Positions 1 through 7,735 of a stretch of DNA of 11,078 bases are shown in pieces. Within the stretch, counting starts at the first letter, position 1. The number at the start of each line of letters is the position of its first letter. A program made the translations under genes and the position numbers. This DNA comes from Candidatus Nanohaloarchaea archaeon. GTDB taxonomy: Archaea; Nanohalarchaeota; Nanosalinia; Nanosalinales; Nanosalinaceae. The stretch is from positions 5,855 through 16,932 of the forward strand of contig JBDGRE010000021.1 in the NCBI GenBank assembly GCA_042218325.1, written 5' to 3'. The notes under the pieces are model-generated. The model worked only from the letters and a program-made list of their open reading frames with translations, searched no databases and had not been told where the DNA came from.

Positions 1-799
1 CTTCTCTTGCGACCTCCTCCGACCGCTTGCCATGCTCTCCCAGCGAGTCGAAGCCGGCGACAGAGTTCTCGTAGACCGCCTCCAGGACCAGAGAGGAGCC
101 AGTGGAATCCGTCTCCACGTACCGCGTGTCTTTCTCGATAGGAACCGAGATGTGGGAGTTCTTTAGCTTCCGCGCCACCTCCGAGGCCTGCCGCTCCGCG
201 ACCTGGCTTTCCTGCAGGTCCCGGGACGCCTTCGAGTAGATCTCGAAACCTTCGAGCCCGCCTCTCTCCCTGATCTCCACCGGCTCCATCGAGTAAGGAG
301 ATGTCTCGAGCCTTATCTCGCCGCCGCCCGCCGGGTAGAAACCTGTTCTCTCCACTTCCAGCGAAGCATCGAGCCCGTACTCTTTTAGCAGCGGCAGCTT
401 GACATGGCGGTAGTAGCCCGCGGTCGGTGACCACTTCACGTCCGTGCCGCCCTTAACATCGACCCGGAGATCCTCGTCAAGATGGGTCGTGATGGGAAGC
501 AACGTGTCAAGCAGCAGCGTGACGCTGCCGGCCGTCCCGATGTTGACCGTGAAGTTCTCCGCCGAGAGCTCAGAGGGTTGAAAGACTATCTCTCGGGAGC
601 CTTCCTGGAGGCCCTCGACCTCTGCGTCGCACAGCCGGGCCGCGGCCTTCACGGCCTCGAGATGCTGCCGCTTCATCCCGGGATTCGGCCGGGACCCGCG
701 GATGTTCTCCATCCGGAAAGGCTTCCCTGTTATCGCCGATAGCGACAGCGAGGTCCTCAGCATCTGTCCGCCTCCCTTCGAGCCGTCGATCTCTATCAT
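1..799 (-). CDS. rtcA: RNA 3'-terminal phosphate cyclase (3' end runs off the window)
   Basis: Manual translation from ATG at 799 gives MIEIDGSKGGGQMLRTSLSLSAITGKPFRMENIRGSRPNPGMKRQHL, the RtcA N-terminal signature (GGGQxxR, RxxPGxxxQH). The same frame at the window edge reads AGFDSLGEHGKRSEEVARE. It is absent from the ORF track because no stop lies in the window. Confidence 0.95.
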   Translation of the reverse strand, partial: MIEIDGSKGGGQMLRTSLSLSAITGKPFRMENIRGSRPNPGMKRQHLEAVKAAARLCDAEVEGLQEGSREIVFQPSELSAENFTVNIGTAGSVTLLLDTLLPITTHLDEDLRVDVKGGTDVKWSPTAGYYRHVKLPLLKEYGLDASLEVERTGFYPAGGGEIRLETSPYSMEPVEIRERGGLEGFEIYSKASRDLQESQVAERQASEVARKLKNSHISVPIEKDTRYVETDSTGSSLVLEAVYENSVAGFDSLGEHGKRSEEVARE

Positions 800-843
800 A
801 CAGCTATCTTGGTTTCAAAAGTTTTCAAGAGCACTACTTGACC
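800..843. promoter_or_regulatory. Compact divergent promoter region between rtcA and the YbaK-like gene
   Basis: Only 44 bp separate two divergent ATGs. AT-rich core TTTCAAAAGTTTTCAA flanked by TCTTG/CAAGA. No SD sequence is visible, consistent with leaderless transcripts. Confidence 0.5.
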
Positions 844-1362
844 ATGGCGCAGTTCTTCACGCAACGCCCGGGCGAACTCGAGGAGTGGCTCGGATTTATC
901 GAGGAGGATATAGAAAACGTGAAGCGGGTCGTGGAAACACTTGAGGAAGAGGATGTCGACGCGGACTTCCACATACACGCGAAGTCGGAGACGGTGGAAG
1001 AGTCTTCAGAGGCCATGAACATCCCGGAGGAACGCATCGTGAAGACCCTGATCTTCATCTCGGACGATAGACCCGTGGCGGCCCTGATGCCCGGCGACTC
1101 CCGGCTCGACGAGGAGAAGCTGGAAGAATTAACGGGCAGAGATGTCAGGATGGCCGACCCCAGCGAGGTGGAGGACGCGACAAGCTACGTCGTGGGCGGG
1201 GTGTCGCCCTTCGACCTGGATATTCCGGTCTACATGGAGGAGCAACTGCTTGAACAGGAGAGCGTGAAGCCGGCCGCAGGCTCCCGTGTAGTAGGCGTAG
1301 AACTCACTCCCGGGGCCCTGAGAGACGTTACCGGCGCGGAGCCAGCCGGGCTCTCGGAGTAA
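844..1362 (+). CDS. YbaK/EbsC (INS superfamily) aminoacyl-tRNA deacylase / trans-editing protein
   Basis: Conserved Lys motif IVKTLIF and GxxxP loop YVVGGVSPF, plus C-terminal AAGSRVVGVEL. ATG at 844 preferred over TTG at 838. Confidence 0.88.
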   Translation: MAQFFTQRPGELEEWLGFIEEDIENVKRVVETLEEEDVDADFHIHAKSETVEESSEAMNIPEERIVKTLIFISDDRPVAALMPGDSRLDEEKLEELTGRDVRMADPSEVEDATSYVVGGVSPFDLDIPVYMEEQLLEQESVKPAAGSRVVGVELTPGALRDVTGAEPAGLSE

Positions 1363-1370
1363 AGTTTTAA
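1361..1370 (+). promoter_or_regulatory. Putative BRE/TATA box for tyrS
   Basis: AAAGTTTTAA ends 27 nt before ATG 1397, the spacing expected for an archaeal leaderless transcript. Confidence 0.5.
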
Positions 1371-1396
1371 CGTTTCACGAGAGTTTGGTTGTTACC

Positions 1397-2416
1397 ATGG
1401 AGACGGAGGAGCAGAAAGAACTGGTACTGCGGAACACCGAGGAAATCGTGAAGGAAGAAGAGCTCGAACAGATACTCGAAGAGAAGGACGAGCCCCGGTG
1501 CTATGTGGGCTACGAGACCTCGGGACCGGCACACCTCGGCCACTGGATATCGCTGAGAAAGCTGCTCGACCTTCAAAAGGCAGGATTCCAGCCCGTGGTC
1601 CTCTGGGCCGACCTCCATACCTACCTCAACAAGAAGGGGGAGGAGGACTGGATAGAGGACATGACCGACTACTGGCAGGCGACCTTCGAGGCGCTCGGCC
1701 TCGAGGCGGAATACACGAAAGGTCGCAGCTTCCAGGAGAAGACGGAGTACTTCCATGACGTCCTGGAGATGTCGCAGGAGGTCACTCTCAACCGCGGTAA
1801 GAGGGCGATGGCCGAGATACAGTCCGTGGAGGACACCTACATCTCGCATGTGGTGTACCCGCTGATGCAGGCGCTCGACATAGAGTACCTTGACCTCGAC
1901 CTCGCGGTCGCGGGCATAGACCAGCGGAAAGTACACATGCTCGCACGTGAAAAACTGCCGAAGCTCGGCTACAGGAAGCCGACGTGCCTCCACTGGCCGA
2001 TGCTCGCCTCGCTTTCAGGTACGGGCGACAAGATGTCGTCCTCGAAGAAGGAGACCATGTTCCCTCTGCACGCGGAGCCATCGCACATACGGGAGGTCAT
2101 CGAGGACGGGTACTGCCCGGCGGGCGAGGCAGAGGACAACCCGGTGCTGCAGATAGCGAAGTTCTTCGTTTTCGGCGCTGACCGCGACCTCGAGATCTCA
2201 CGGGACGACGAGTACGGCGGCGACGTCTCGTACAGCGATTACCAGGAGCTCGAGGACGACTTCGTCTCGCAGGATCTACACCCGCTCGACCTGAAGGAGG
2301 CCGTGGCAGACGAGGTCGTGGAAAGGCTAAAGCCGGTCAGGGAACGTTTCAAGAAGGAGCCGGAGCTGCTCTCGCCGATCGAGGATATAGGCCACGAGAA
2401 GCCGGGTTACCTGTGA
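1397..2416 (+). CDS. tyrS: Tyrosine--tRNA ligase, archaeal type
   Basis: YVGYETSGPAHLGH (HIGH motif), ADLHTYLN, YPLMQALDI, GIDQRKVHMLARE, KMSSS (KMSKS motif) and LHPLDLK. ATG 1397 preferred over TTG 1385. Confidence 0.97.
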   Translation: METEEQKELVLRNTEEIVKEEELEQILEEKDEPRCYVGYETSGPAHLGHWISLRKLLDLQKAGFQPVVLWADLHTYLNKKGEEDWIEDMTDYWQATFEALGLEAEYTKGRSFQEKTEYFHDVLEMSQEVTLNRGKRAMAEIQSVEDTYISHVVYPLMQALDIEYLDLDLAVAGIDQRKVHMLAREKLPKLGYRKPTCLHWPMLASLSGTGDKMSSSKKETMFPLHAEPSHIREVIEDGYCPAGEAEDNPVLQIAKFFVFGADRDLEISRDDEYGGDVSYSDYQELEDDFVSQDLHPLDLKEAVADEVVERLKPVRERFKKEPELLSPIEDIGHEKPGYL

Positions 2417-2422
2417 CAGCGG

Positions 2423-2437
2423 CGAAGACCTATTAAT
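2423..2437 (+). promoter_or_regulatory. Putative BRE + TATA box for the small membrane protein
   Basis: CGAAGACC-TATTAAT ends 28 nt upstream of ATG 2465. Confidence 0.55.
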
Positions 2438-2464
2438 CCTTGAATAGCAAAACTTCCCGTAGCG

Positions 2465-2686
2465 ATGGGAATAGCCAACGCACTTTCAGGGCTGGTCGAG
2501 AACGCGGTAGCGTTCGTCGTCATGATCCTGCTCGGCATCGTTTCCTTCTTCGTCACCGTCTTCGTGGTGCAGGCGGGAAGCGGCCTCGCAGGTTACAGCG
2601 GCGCGACAGCCCCCAGCGCGGACTTCGTCGTGCTCTCATCGGCGCTCATAGTCGTGGCGTCGATACTCGCGGGCGCGATGAAGTGA
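2465..2686 (+). CDS. Small membrane protein (73 aa, two predicted TM helices), function unknown
   Basis: Two hydrophobic stretches (AVAFVVMILLGIVSFFVTVFVV; FVVLSSALIVVASILAGA). It has its own TATA box, GC-ending codons like the housekeeping genes, and a downstream T-tract. Confidence 0.8.
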   Translation: MGIANALSGLVENAVAFVVMILLGIVSFFVTVFVVQAGSGLAGYSGATAPSADFVVLSSALIVVASILAGAMK

Positions 2687-2704
2687 ACTCTTCTCTTTTT
2701 ATTT
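2687..2704 (+). terminator. Pyrimidine/T-rich archaeal terminator-like tract
   Basis: ACTCTTCTCTTTTTATTT directly follows the TGA stop and overlaps the stop of the convergent HDAC gene. Confidence 0.45.
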
Positions 2705-3850
2705 CAGGAAATCCAGCTCTGAATTCTGGGTCAGCTGGCTGTACCATTCATCGAGACGGTCAGCTGCCATCGAACTTCCCGGGCTCTCAGCATCCTCATC
2801 GTGAATCATCTCCTCCCCGACCAGAGCAGCCATAGTATTCGTCGACGCCTTCCCCCTGTGAGACTCGCTCTCGTATCCACCGCCCGTCGTCACGACCAGC
2901 GGGATATCACCGGTCTCTTCCACCACAGCTCTGTCGCGGCGGTATATATCTTCCCGGGAAAGTTCGAGACCTCCCAGCTCATCGGCGTGATGGACGTCCA
3001 CCCCGGCCTGATATAGAACCAAGTCAGGATTCGCCTCTTCCACAACCTGGGGTAGCAACTCCTCCAAGACCTCGCAGTATTTCTCTCCTCCCAGTCCTGT
3101 GGGCAGGGGGAGGTTCACTTTGGTTCCCTCGGCCTCGCCGCTTCCGGTGTAGTCAAGCCATCCGGAGTCGACCTGCGGGAAATTGTTCCACTCGTGCATC
3201 GAGAAATGGAACACATCTTCATCCGAACGGTAGATGGATATGGTTCCATCGCCGAAATGTAGGTCCAGGTCCACCACCAAAACCCGGGGATCGTAACCCT
3301 CTTCAAACCGGTCTCTGGCGGCTTCCACACCTGCGGCAAGGTCATTTATCATGTTGAAGGAGGGATCACTCGACCCGCCAGTGTGGGCGTGGTGGTGGCC
3401 GCCGCCGATGTGAAAGACATCTTCCTCCTTATCCAGAGCAGTATCTACGGCCTCCCGAGTTCCCTCGGCTGCAAGTGTATGGGCCTCAGCGTGGTCCTCT
3501 GGAGCTCCTGAAGCTACATTCACCTCTCCCTTCAAAACTTCCTCTAGCCAGCGATCTGAGCATGCCGGGATGGAGGCCTCTATTACCGGTATATCGCCCC
3601 CATATGCCCTCCTGAAGGGAACTCCTCTCTGCAGCTCCTGTCTCAGCTCCTCCAGTTCCTTACCAGGAACACCCTGCTGCCTGAGGTGGTCGTAATCATC
3701 TTCCAGATGCTCTGAGTACCCTTCAAATATCTCCCTGTATCGGGATACCGGGAGATTCTGGCCCAACGGGAACCGAAATCCTTCGGGGTACTCATCCCTC
3801 CACACGACTGAGAGACCGGAATTCACACCATAAGATTGTGAGGGAAACAT
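2699..3850 (-). CDS. Histone deacetylase / AcuC-family Zn-dependent amidohydrolase
   Basis: GGGHHHA catalytic His pair, VDLDLHFGDGT (Zn ligands D, H), SMHE, GEAEGTKVNLPL, YQAGVDVH (third Zn ligand D) and GGGY catalytic Tyr. Confidence 0.93.
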   Translation of the reverse strand: MFPSQSYGVNSGLSVVWRDEYPEGFRFPLGQNLPVSRYREIFEGYSEHLEDDYDHLRQQGVPGKELEELRQELQRGVPFRRAYGGDIPVIEASIPACSDRWLEEVLKGEVNVASGAPEDHAEAHTLAAEGTREAVDTALDKEEDVFHIGGGHHHAHTGGSSDPSFNMINDLAAGVEAARDRFEEGYDPRVLVVDLDLHFGDGTISIYRSDEDVFHFSMHEWNNFPQVDSGWLDYTGSGEAEGTKVNLPLPTGLGGEKYCEVLEELLPQVVEEANPDLVLYQAGVDVHHADELGGLELSREDIYRRDRAVVEETGDIPLVVTTGGGYESESHRGKASTNTMAALVGEEMIHDEDAESPGSSMAADRLDEWYSQLTQNSELDFLK

Positions 3851-3906
3851 TTAATTTGTAATGACTCTGACGTGATTAACACAGTTGCCTTCCGAATTTC
3901 AGGTTC

Positions 3907-5058
3907 TTAATATGCTTCTTCTCCCTCGTCCACCCCTATCTCGGCCGGCAAACTCTTTCTCGTCTCAAAATCCCCTTCGTCGATACTGTACGGGATGCCC
4001 ATCTCGTCCAGGAAGCCTGCGAAGCCTTCAGTGACGTACTGCTCTTTCGCGTCAAACGGCCTGACGAGAGATACCTCATAGGAGCCGTAGTTACCGCCGA
4101 TAGCCGGCACGAAACCGTTCATATGCCAGCCGTCATCGAGGAGGCGCTCGGATACGTAGGGGGATTCGGATACCTCGGCATCTATATTTACCTGCGCCAC
4201 ACCCTCCGAGTCTATAATATCGTAGACCTTTTCAACGGCTTCCGACGGTGTGAAAGACCCTCCTCCAGAGATATGCAGCCGGGAACTTCTATGCCGGCCC
4301 GTGGGCCGCCAGACCTCAAGTCGGCCCCTTCCAGAAAAAACCTCACCACCACTCAATTCGGTTTCAACATCCTCGTGAAAGCTTTCAAGCCGGGATTCCA
4401 CGAACTCCTCGTAGGAGCCGTCTTCAGTCTCCGGAATATACAGGACTCTAGGAGCCTCCCCCACAGGTTCCTGGAGGGCCATAAGAACTCCAGGATTCAA
4501 CTCACTCTTGAAGTGAGGCTCCCACTTGAGAATCTCGAACTCCCGGTTACCGAAATTTGCATTTTCAAACTTGTACTGTGCCTTCTCACTGGTATTCATG
4601 ACATAGGGAGTTCCTTCAGCAGCGTGAATCCTGACCCAGTTCGCCGTATCGTAAAGGCTTGTCCCGGAAGAATCCCTCAAGCCACGGAACTTTTCATCAT
4701 CTATCCTGATGCGCATTTCTGTAGCTCCTCCTTCCTCTATATTTGCTGCTCTGCCCACAACCCTCTCCCACTCCGGGTCGTAAAAGACAAAGTAGGTATC
4801 ATCGCTCTCTATAGTCATATCTGCTCTCCTCTCGGCCCTGTCCCTCTTCAGAGAAACCATGTTCCCGGCCCGGCTATTCGGATGATTCAGCATATTGGGA
4901 TTAGCTGATCTTAGCGTCACCATATCGTTCTCCAGAAGATACTCTACGTATTCCTCCCTGACTTCAGAATCCAGCTCCAGAATCTCAACCTCTTCACCCG
5001 ATTCGCCAAAAAAGTGATTCACTACCTCTCTTGTCCCTTCCTCCGGCATGACCTCCAT
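3907..5058 (-). CDS. Hypothetical acidic protein, probable divergent GNAT-fold N-acetyltransferase
   Basis: 383-aa acidic ORF with a GNAT-like order of elements: YFVFYD..RVVGRA, EMRIRIDDEKFRGL..SGTSLY (motif A-like) and NTSEKAQYKFENANF (motif B-like). The C-terminal VNIDAE..ERLLDDGWHMNGFVP resembles a second degenerate GNAT domain. The start may be ATG 5049 (GGTGA 9 nt upstream). The CDS is secure, the function less so. Confidence 0.6.
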   Translation of the reverse strand: MEVMPEEGTREVVNHFFGESGEEVEILELDSEVREEYVEYLLENDMVTLRSANPNMLNHPNSRAGNMVSLKRDRAERRADMTIESDDTYFVFYDPEWERVVGRAANIEEGGATEMRIRIDDEKFRGLRDSSGTSLYDTANWVRIHAAEGTPYVMNTSEKAQYKFENANFGNREFEILKWEPHFKSELNPGVLMALQEPVGEAPRVLYIPETEDGSYEEFVESRLESFHEDVETELSGGEVFSGRGRLEVWRPTGRHRSSRLHISGGGSFTPSEAVEKVYDIIDSEGVAQVNIDAEVSESPYVSERLLDDGWHMNGFVPAIGGNYGSYEVSLVRPFDAKEQYVTEGFAGFLDEMGIPYSIDEGDFETRKSLPAEIGVDEGEEAY

Positions 5059-5169
5059 TCACCAATATTAACCACTTTATAGTAATAACTTAAATATGTT
5101 TTCTGTTTCAGGGGTCACTCCCAGACATTGGTAGGAGGTCTATAAAAAATATCCGATGTTTTGTATTTC
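5059..5169. promoter_or_regulatory. Divergent promoter region (GNAT-like gene / topA)
   Basis: TATAAAAA at 5141-5148 (+) precedes topA ATG 5170. GAAAACATATTTAAG on the minus strand (~5089-5103) precedes the GNAT-like gene. Confidence 0.55.
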
Positions 5170-7203
5170 ATGCCCACTACAGTGATGGTCGGGGAGAAGC
5201 CGAAGGTCGCCTCACGTATCGCGCAGGCGCTCGGCGACTACTCCATAAAGGAGAACCGGGGCGTGAAGAACTACGTCATCGACAGGGGCGACGAGAAAGT
5301 CATAGTAGCGCCCGCCGTCGGCCATATCTACAACCTGAAGCAGAAGAGCGAGGGCTGGACCTACCCCGTCTTCGACCTCGAATGGGTTCCTATCTTCGAG
5401 ACCGAGGACGACGCGGGCTACGTCAAGAAGTACTACCGCAACCTCGAGGACCAGCTGGAGAAGGCGGACGAGTTCATCAACGCCTGCGACTACGATCTCG
5501 AGGGCTCGGTCATCGGCTACAACGTGATACACAACATCGCCGGGCCGGGAGAGGACAGGATAAAGAGGATGAAGTTCTCCACGCTCACGACCTCTGACCT
5601 GCGGGAGGCTTACGACGACCTCGACAGCTTCGACTCAGGCATGACGCAGGCCGGCCTCACCCGGCACGTGCTCGACTTCTACTACGGTATCAACGTCTCA
5701 AGGGCGCTGATGCAGGCCGTGAGAGAGAACAACCGGTACAAGACCCTATCCACCGGCCGGGTGCAGGGGCCGACGCTCAAGGTGCTGGCGGACAGGGAGC
5801 GCGAGATAAAGGCGTTCGAGCCCGACCCGTACTGGGAGCTCTACCTGCTTCACAGCGAGTTCGAGGCCCAGTGGGAGGACGAGGAAGACCGGGTCTGGGA
5901 CGAGGAAAAGGCGGAGGAAATCTTCAGCGAGGTGAAGGATAACCGGACCGCAAGGGTCACGAACATAAAGAGAAACGACTACAAGCACGGCGCGCCCATA
6001 CCGTTCAACCTTACAGGGCTGCAGAGCGAGGCCTCATCGCAGTTCAACATCTCGCCGAAACGGACGCAGAGCATCGCCCAGGACCTGTACGAGCAGGGGC
6101 TGATATCCTACCCGAGGACGGAGTCGCAGAAGCTGCCCGCGAAGCTGGGCTATGAGTCGCTACTGGGGAAGCTGAAGAAGCAGGAAGACTACGAGGACCT
6201 CGCGGAGAAGGTTCTCGACAAGGACGAGATATACCCGAGGCAGGGAAGTAAAGAAGACGACGCGCACCCCGCGATATACCCGACCGGCGAGCACCCTTCC
6301 GGCCTCTCGAAGCAGGAGGGCCAGGTGTACGATCTCATAGTGAAGCGGTTCCTCGCGGTCTTCGGCGAGTCCGCGAAACGTAGAACGCTGACCTTCACCC
6401 TTGAGGTCAACCAGCACGAGTTCTTCGCCAAGTCGAAGATCACGGTGGAGCGGAACTGGTTCGACCTTTACGAGCCGTACGTCAACGTGGATGAGGCGGA
6501 GTTGCCCGAGATGGAGGAAGGGCAGGTCCTTGAAGTGGAGGACTTCGAACTCCGCGAGAAGGAGACCCAGCCGCCGCGGCGCTATTCGCAGAGCTCGATC
6601 GTCAACGAGCTGGAGAAGCGGAACCTGGGGACGAAGGCCACCCGGGCGCAGACGGTCGACAGGCTTTACAACCGGAACTTCATCGACAACAACCCCATCG
6701 AGGTGACGGATCTCGGGCTGGCGATAACCGGGACGCTGGAGGAGCACGTGCCCGACCTGCTGTCCGAGGACCTGACGCGGGAGTTCGAGGAGAAGATGGA
6801 GCAGATACGCGACGGCGACAAGACCTCCGACGACGTGATAGGTGAGGCCAGGGAAAAGCTGGAGACCATACTCGGCAAGTTCAAGGAGGACGAGAAAGAG
6901 ATCGGCGCCGAACTGGTCGAGACCATCGACCAGGAGCGCAAAAGAAGGCGCCAGCTTGGACCGTGCGAGCAGTGCGAAGACGGGACACTGCGCATAGTGA
7001 AGACTGATAACGGGCGGTTCGTCGGCTGCTCGAACTATCCTGACTGCGAGAACACATACCCGCTGCCGGGCGAGGGCAAGATAGAGTCGCTGGACGAGCA
7101 GTGTGAAGAATGCCACACGCCGCGCATCAAGGTGATACGGAAGGGCCGGAAGCCTTACGACATGTGCATCGACCCGGACTGCCCGACGAAGGACGACTGG
7201 TAG
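5170..7203 (+). CDS. topA: DNA topoisomerase I (type IA, archaeal)
   Basis: TOPRIM EKPKVA and ACDYDLEG, STGRVQGPTL, catalytic LISYPRTES, DAHPAIYP, LGTKATRA, and two C-terminal Cys4 zinc ribbons (CEQC..CSNYPDC; CEEC..CIDPDC). ATG 5170 preferred over TTG 5161. Confidence 0.97.
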   Translation: MPTTVMVGEKPKVASRIAQALGDYSIKENRGVKNYVIDRGDEKVIVAPAVGHIYNLKQKSEGWTYPVFDLEWVPIFETEDDAGYVKKYYRNLEDQLEKADEFINACDYDLEGSVIGYNVIHNIAGPGEDRIKRMKFSTLTTSDLREAYDDLDSFDSGMTQAGLTRHVLDFYYGINVSRALMQAVRENNRYKTLSTGRVQGPTLKVLADREREIKAFEPDPYWELYLLHSEFEAQWEDEEDRVWDEEKAEEIFSEVKDNRTARVTNIKRNDYKHGAPIPFNLTGLQSEASSQFNISPKRTQSIAQDLYEQGLISYPRTESQKLPAKLGYESLLGKLKKQEDYEDLAEKVLDKDEIYPRQGSKEDDAHPAIYPTGEHPSGLSKQEGQVYDLIVKRFLAVFGESAKRRTLTFTLEVNQHEFFAKSKITVERNWFDLYEPYVNVDEAELPEMEEGQVLEVEDFELREKETQPPRRYSQSSIVNELEKRNLGTKATRAQTVDRLYNRNFIDNNPIEVTDLGLAITGTLEEHVPDLLSEDLTREFEEKMEQIRDGDKTSDDVIGEAREKLETILGKFKEDEKEIGAELVETIDQERKRRRQLGPCEQCEDGTLRIVKTDNGRFVGCSNYPDCENTYPLPGEGKIESLDEQCEECHTPRIKVIRKGRKPYDMCIDPDCPTKDDW

Positions 7204-7267
7204 TTGCGCTGGAGTAAAGTAAAAGACTAATATGTCAGGGACCAATGTTTAGCCGGGGAGGGTAAAA

Positions 7268-7735
7268 ATGGAGACAAGTCTGAGATCGGAGGGTTACGAG
7301 GTCCTGGGAGAGAGCGACCACTTCTGGATAGAGGAACTACCGGGTTCGGTGAACAACCATGACATGCTGGAAGAGATGGGAGGAACATTCTACACGGTGG
7401 TGTACGACCTCACGAGCTTTGACGAGGAGGAGCTGCGCGAGAGACATGCGGACGCCGTAGACCTTGGCCACATATTCAGGAGACTGGAGGATGAAGAGGA
7501 GCCCCACCATCTCCGCTCAAGCGATATAGACCGTATGATGGCCGAGATGCACCGGTTGCCCGTGCTGGGCCGCCTTGATACAGCAGAGAGCTTCGCGTTG
7601 AGGGCTTCAAGCAGTGGAGATCACCGGTACGTCCCTGCCATGGTGACGGAAGGGAGACCGCATGACCTGGTGTACCAGGGCCCTTCCGAGTACACCATCG
7701 CGGGGGAGCCGCAGCCGGCTGAAGAGTGGCGGTAA
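7268..7735 (+). CDS. Hypothetical acidic protein (155 aa)
   Basis: Acidic composition like its neighbours, SD-like GGGGAGGGT upstream, and it fills the gap between topA and the next gene. No family recognised. Confidence 0.75.
   Translation: METSLRSEGYEVLGESDHFWIEELPGSVNNHDMLEEMGGTFYTVVYDLTSFDEEELRERHADAVDLGHIFRRLEDEEEPHHLRSSDIDRMMAEMHRLPVLGRLDTAESFALRASSSGDHRYVPAMVTEGRPHDLVYQGPSEYTIAGEPQPAEEWR

Noticed and set aside
482-1058. Short track ORFs 482..742, 702..944, 796..978 and 834..1058
   Set aside because: They overlap rtcA or the YbaK gene, which explain the region.
1367-2181. ORFs overlapping tyrS (1367..1993 minus and others)
   Set aside because: Shadow frames of an unambiguous gene.
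4123-4908. 261-aa plus-strand ORF
   Set aside because: Antisense to the acidic 383-aa ORF, and its composition does not fit this proteome.
2699-5058. Both islet ORFs are exactly 383 aa
   Set aside because: No sequence similarity between them, and the upstream start codon is uncertain, so this is treated as coincidence.
6160-7245. 361-aa minus-strand ORF, plus smaller ORFs inside topA
   Set aside because: Antisense or alternate-frame shadows of the GC-rich topA gene. They are Leu/Val/Arg-rich, non-acidic and have no motifs.
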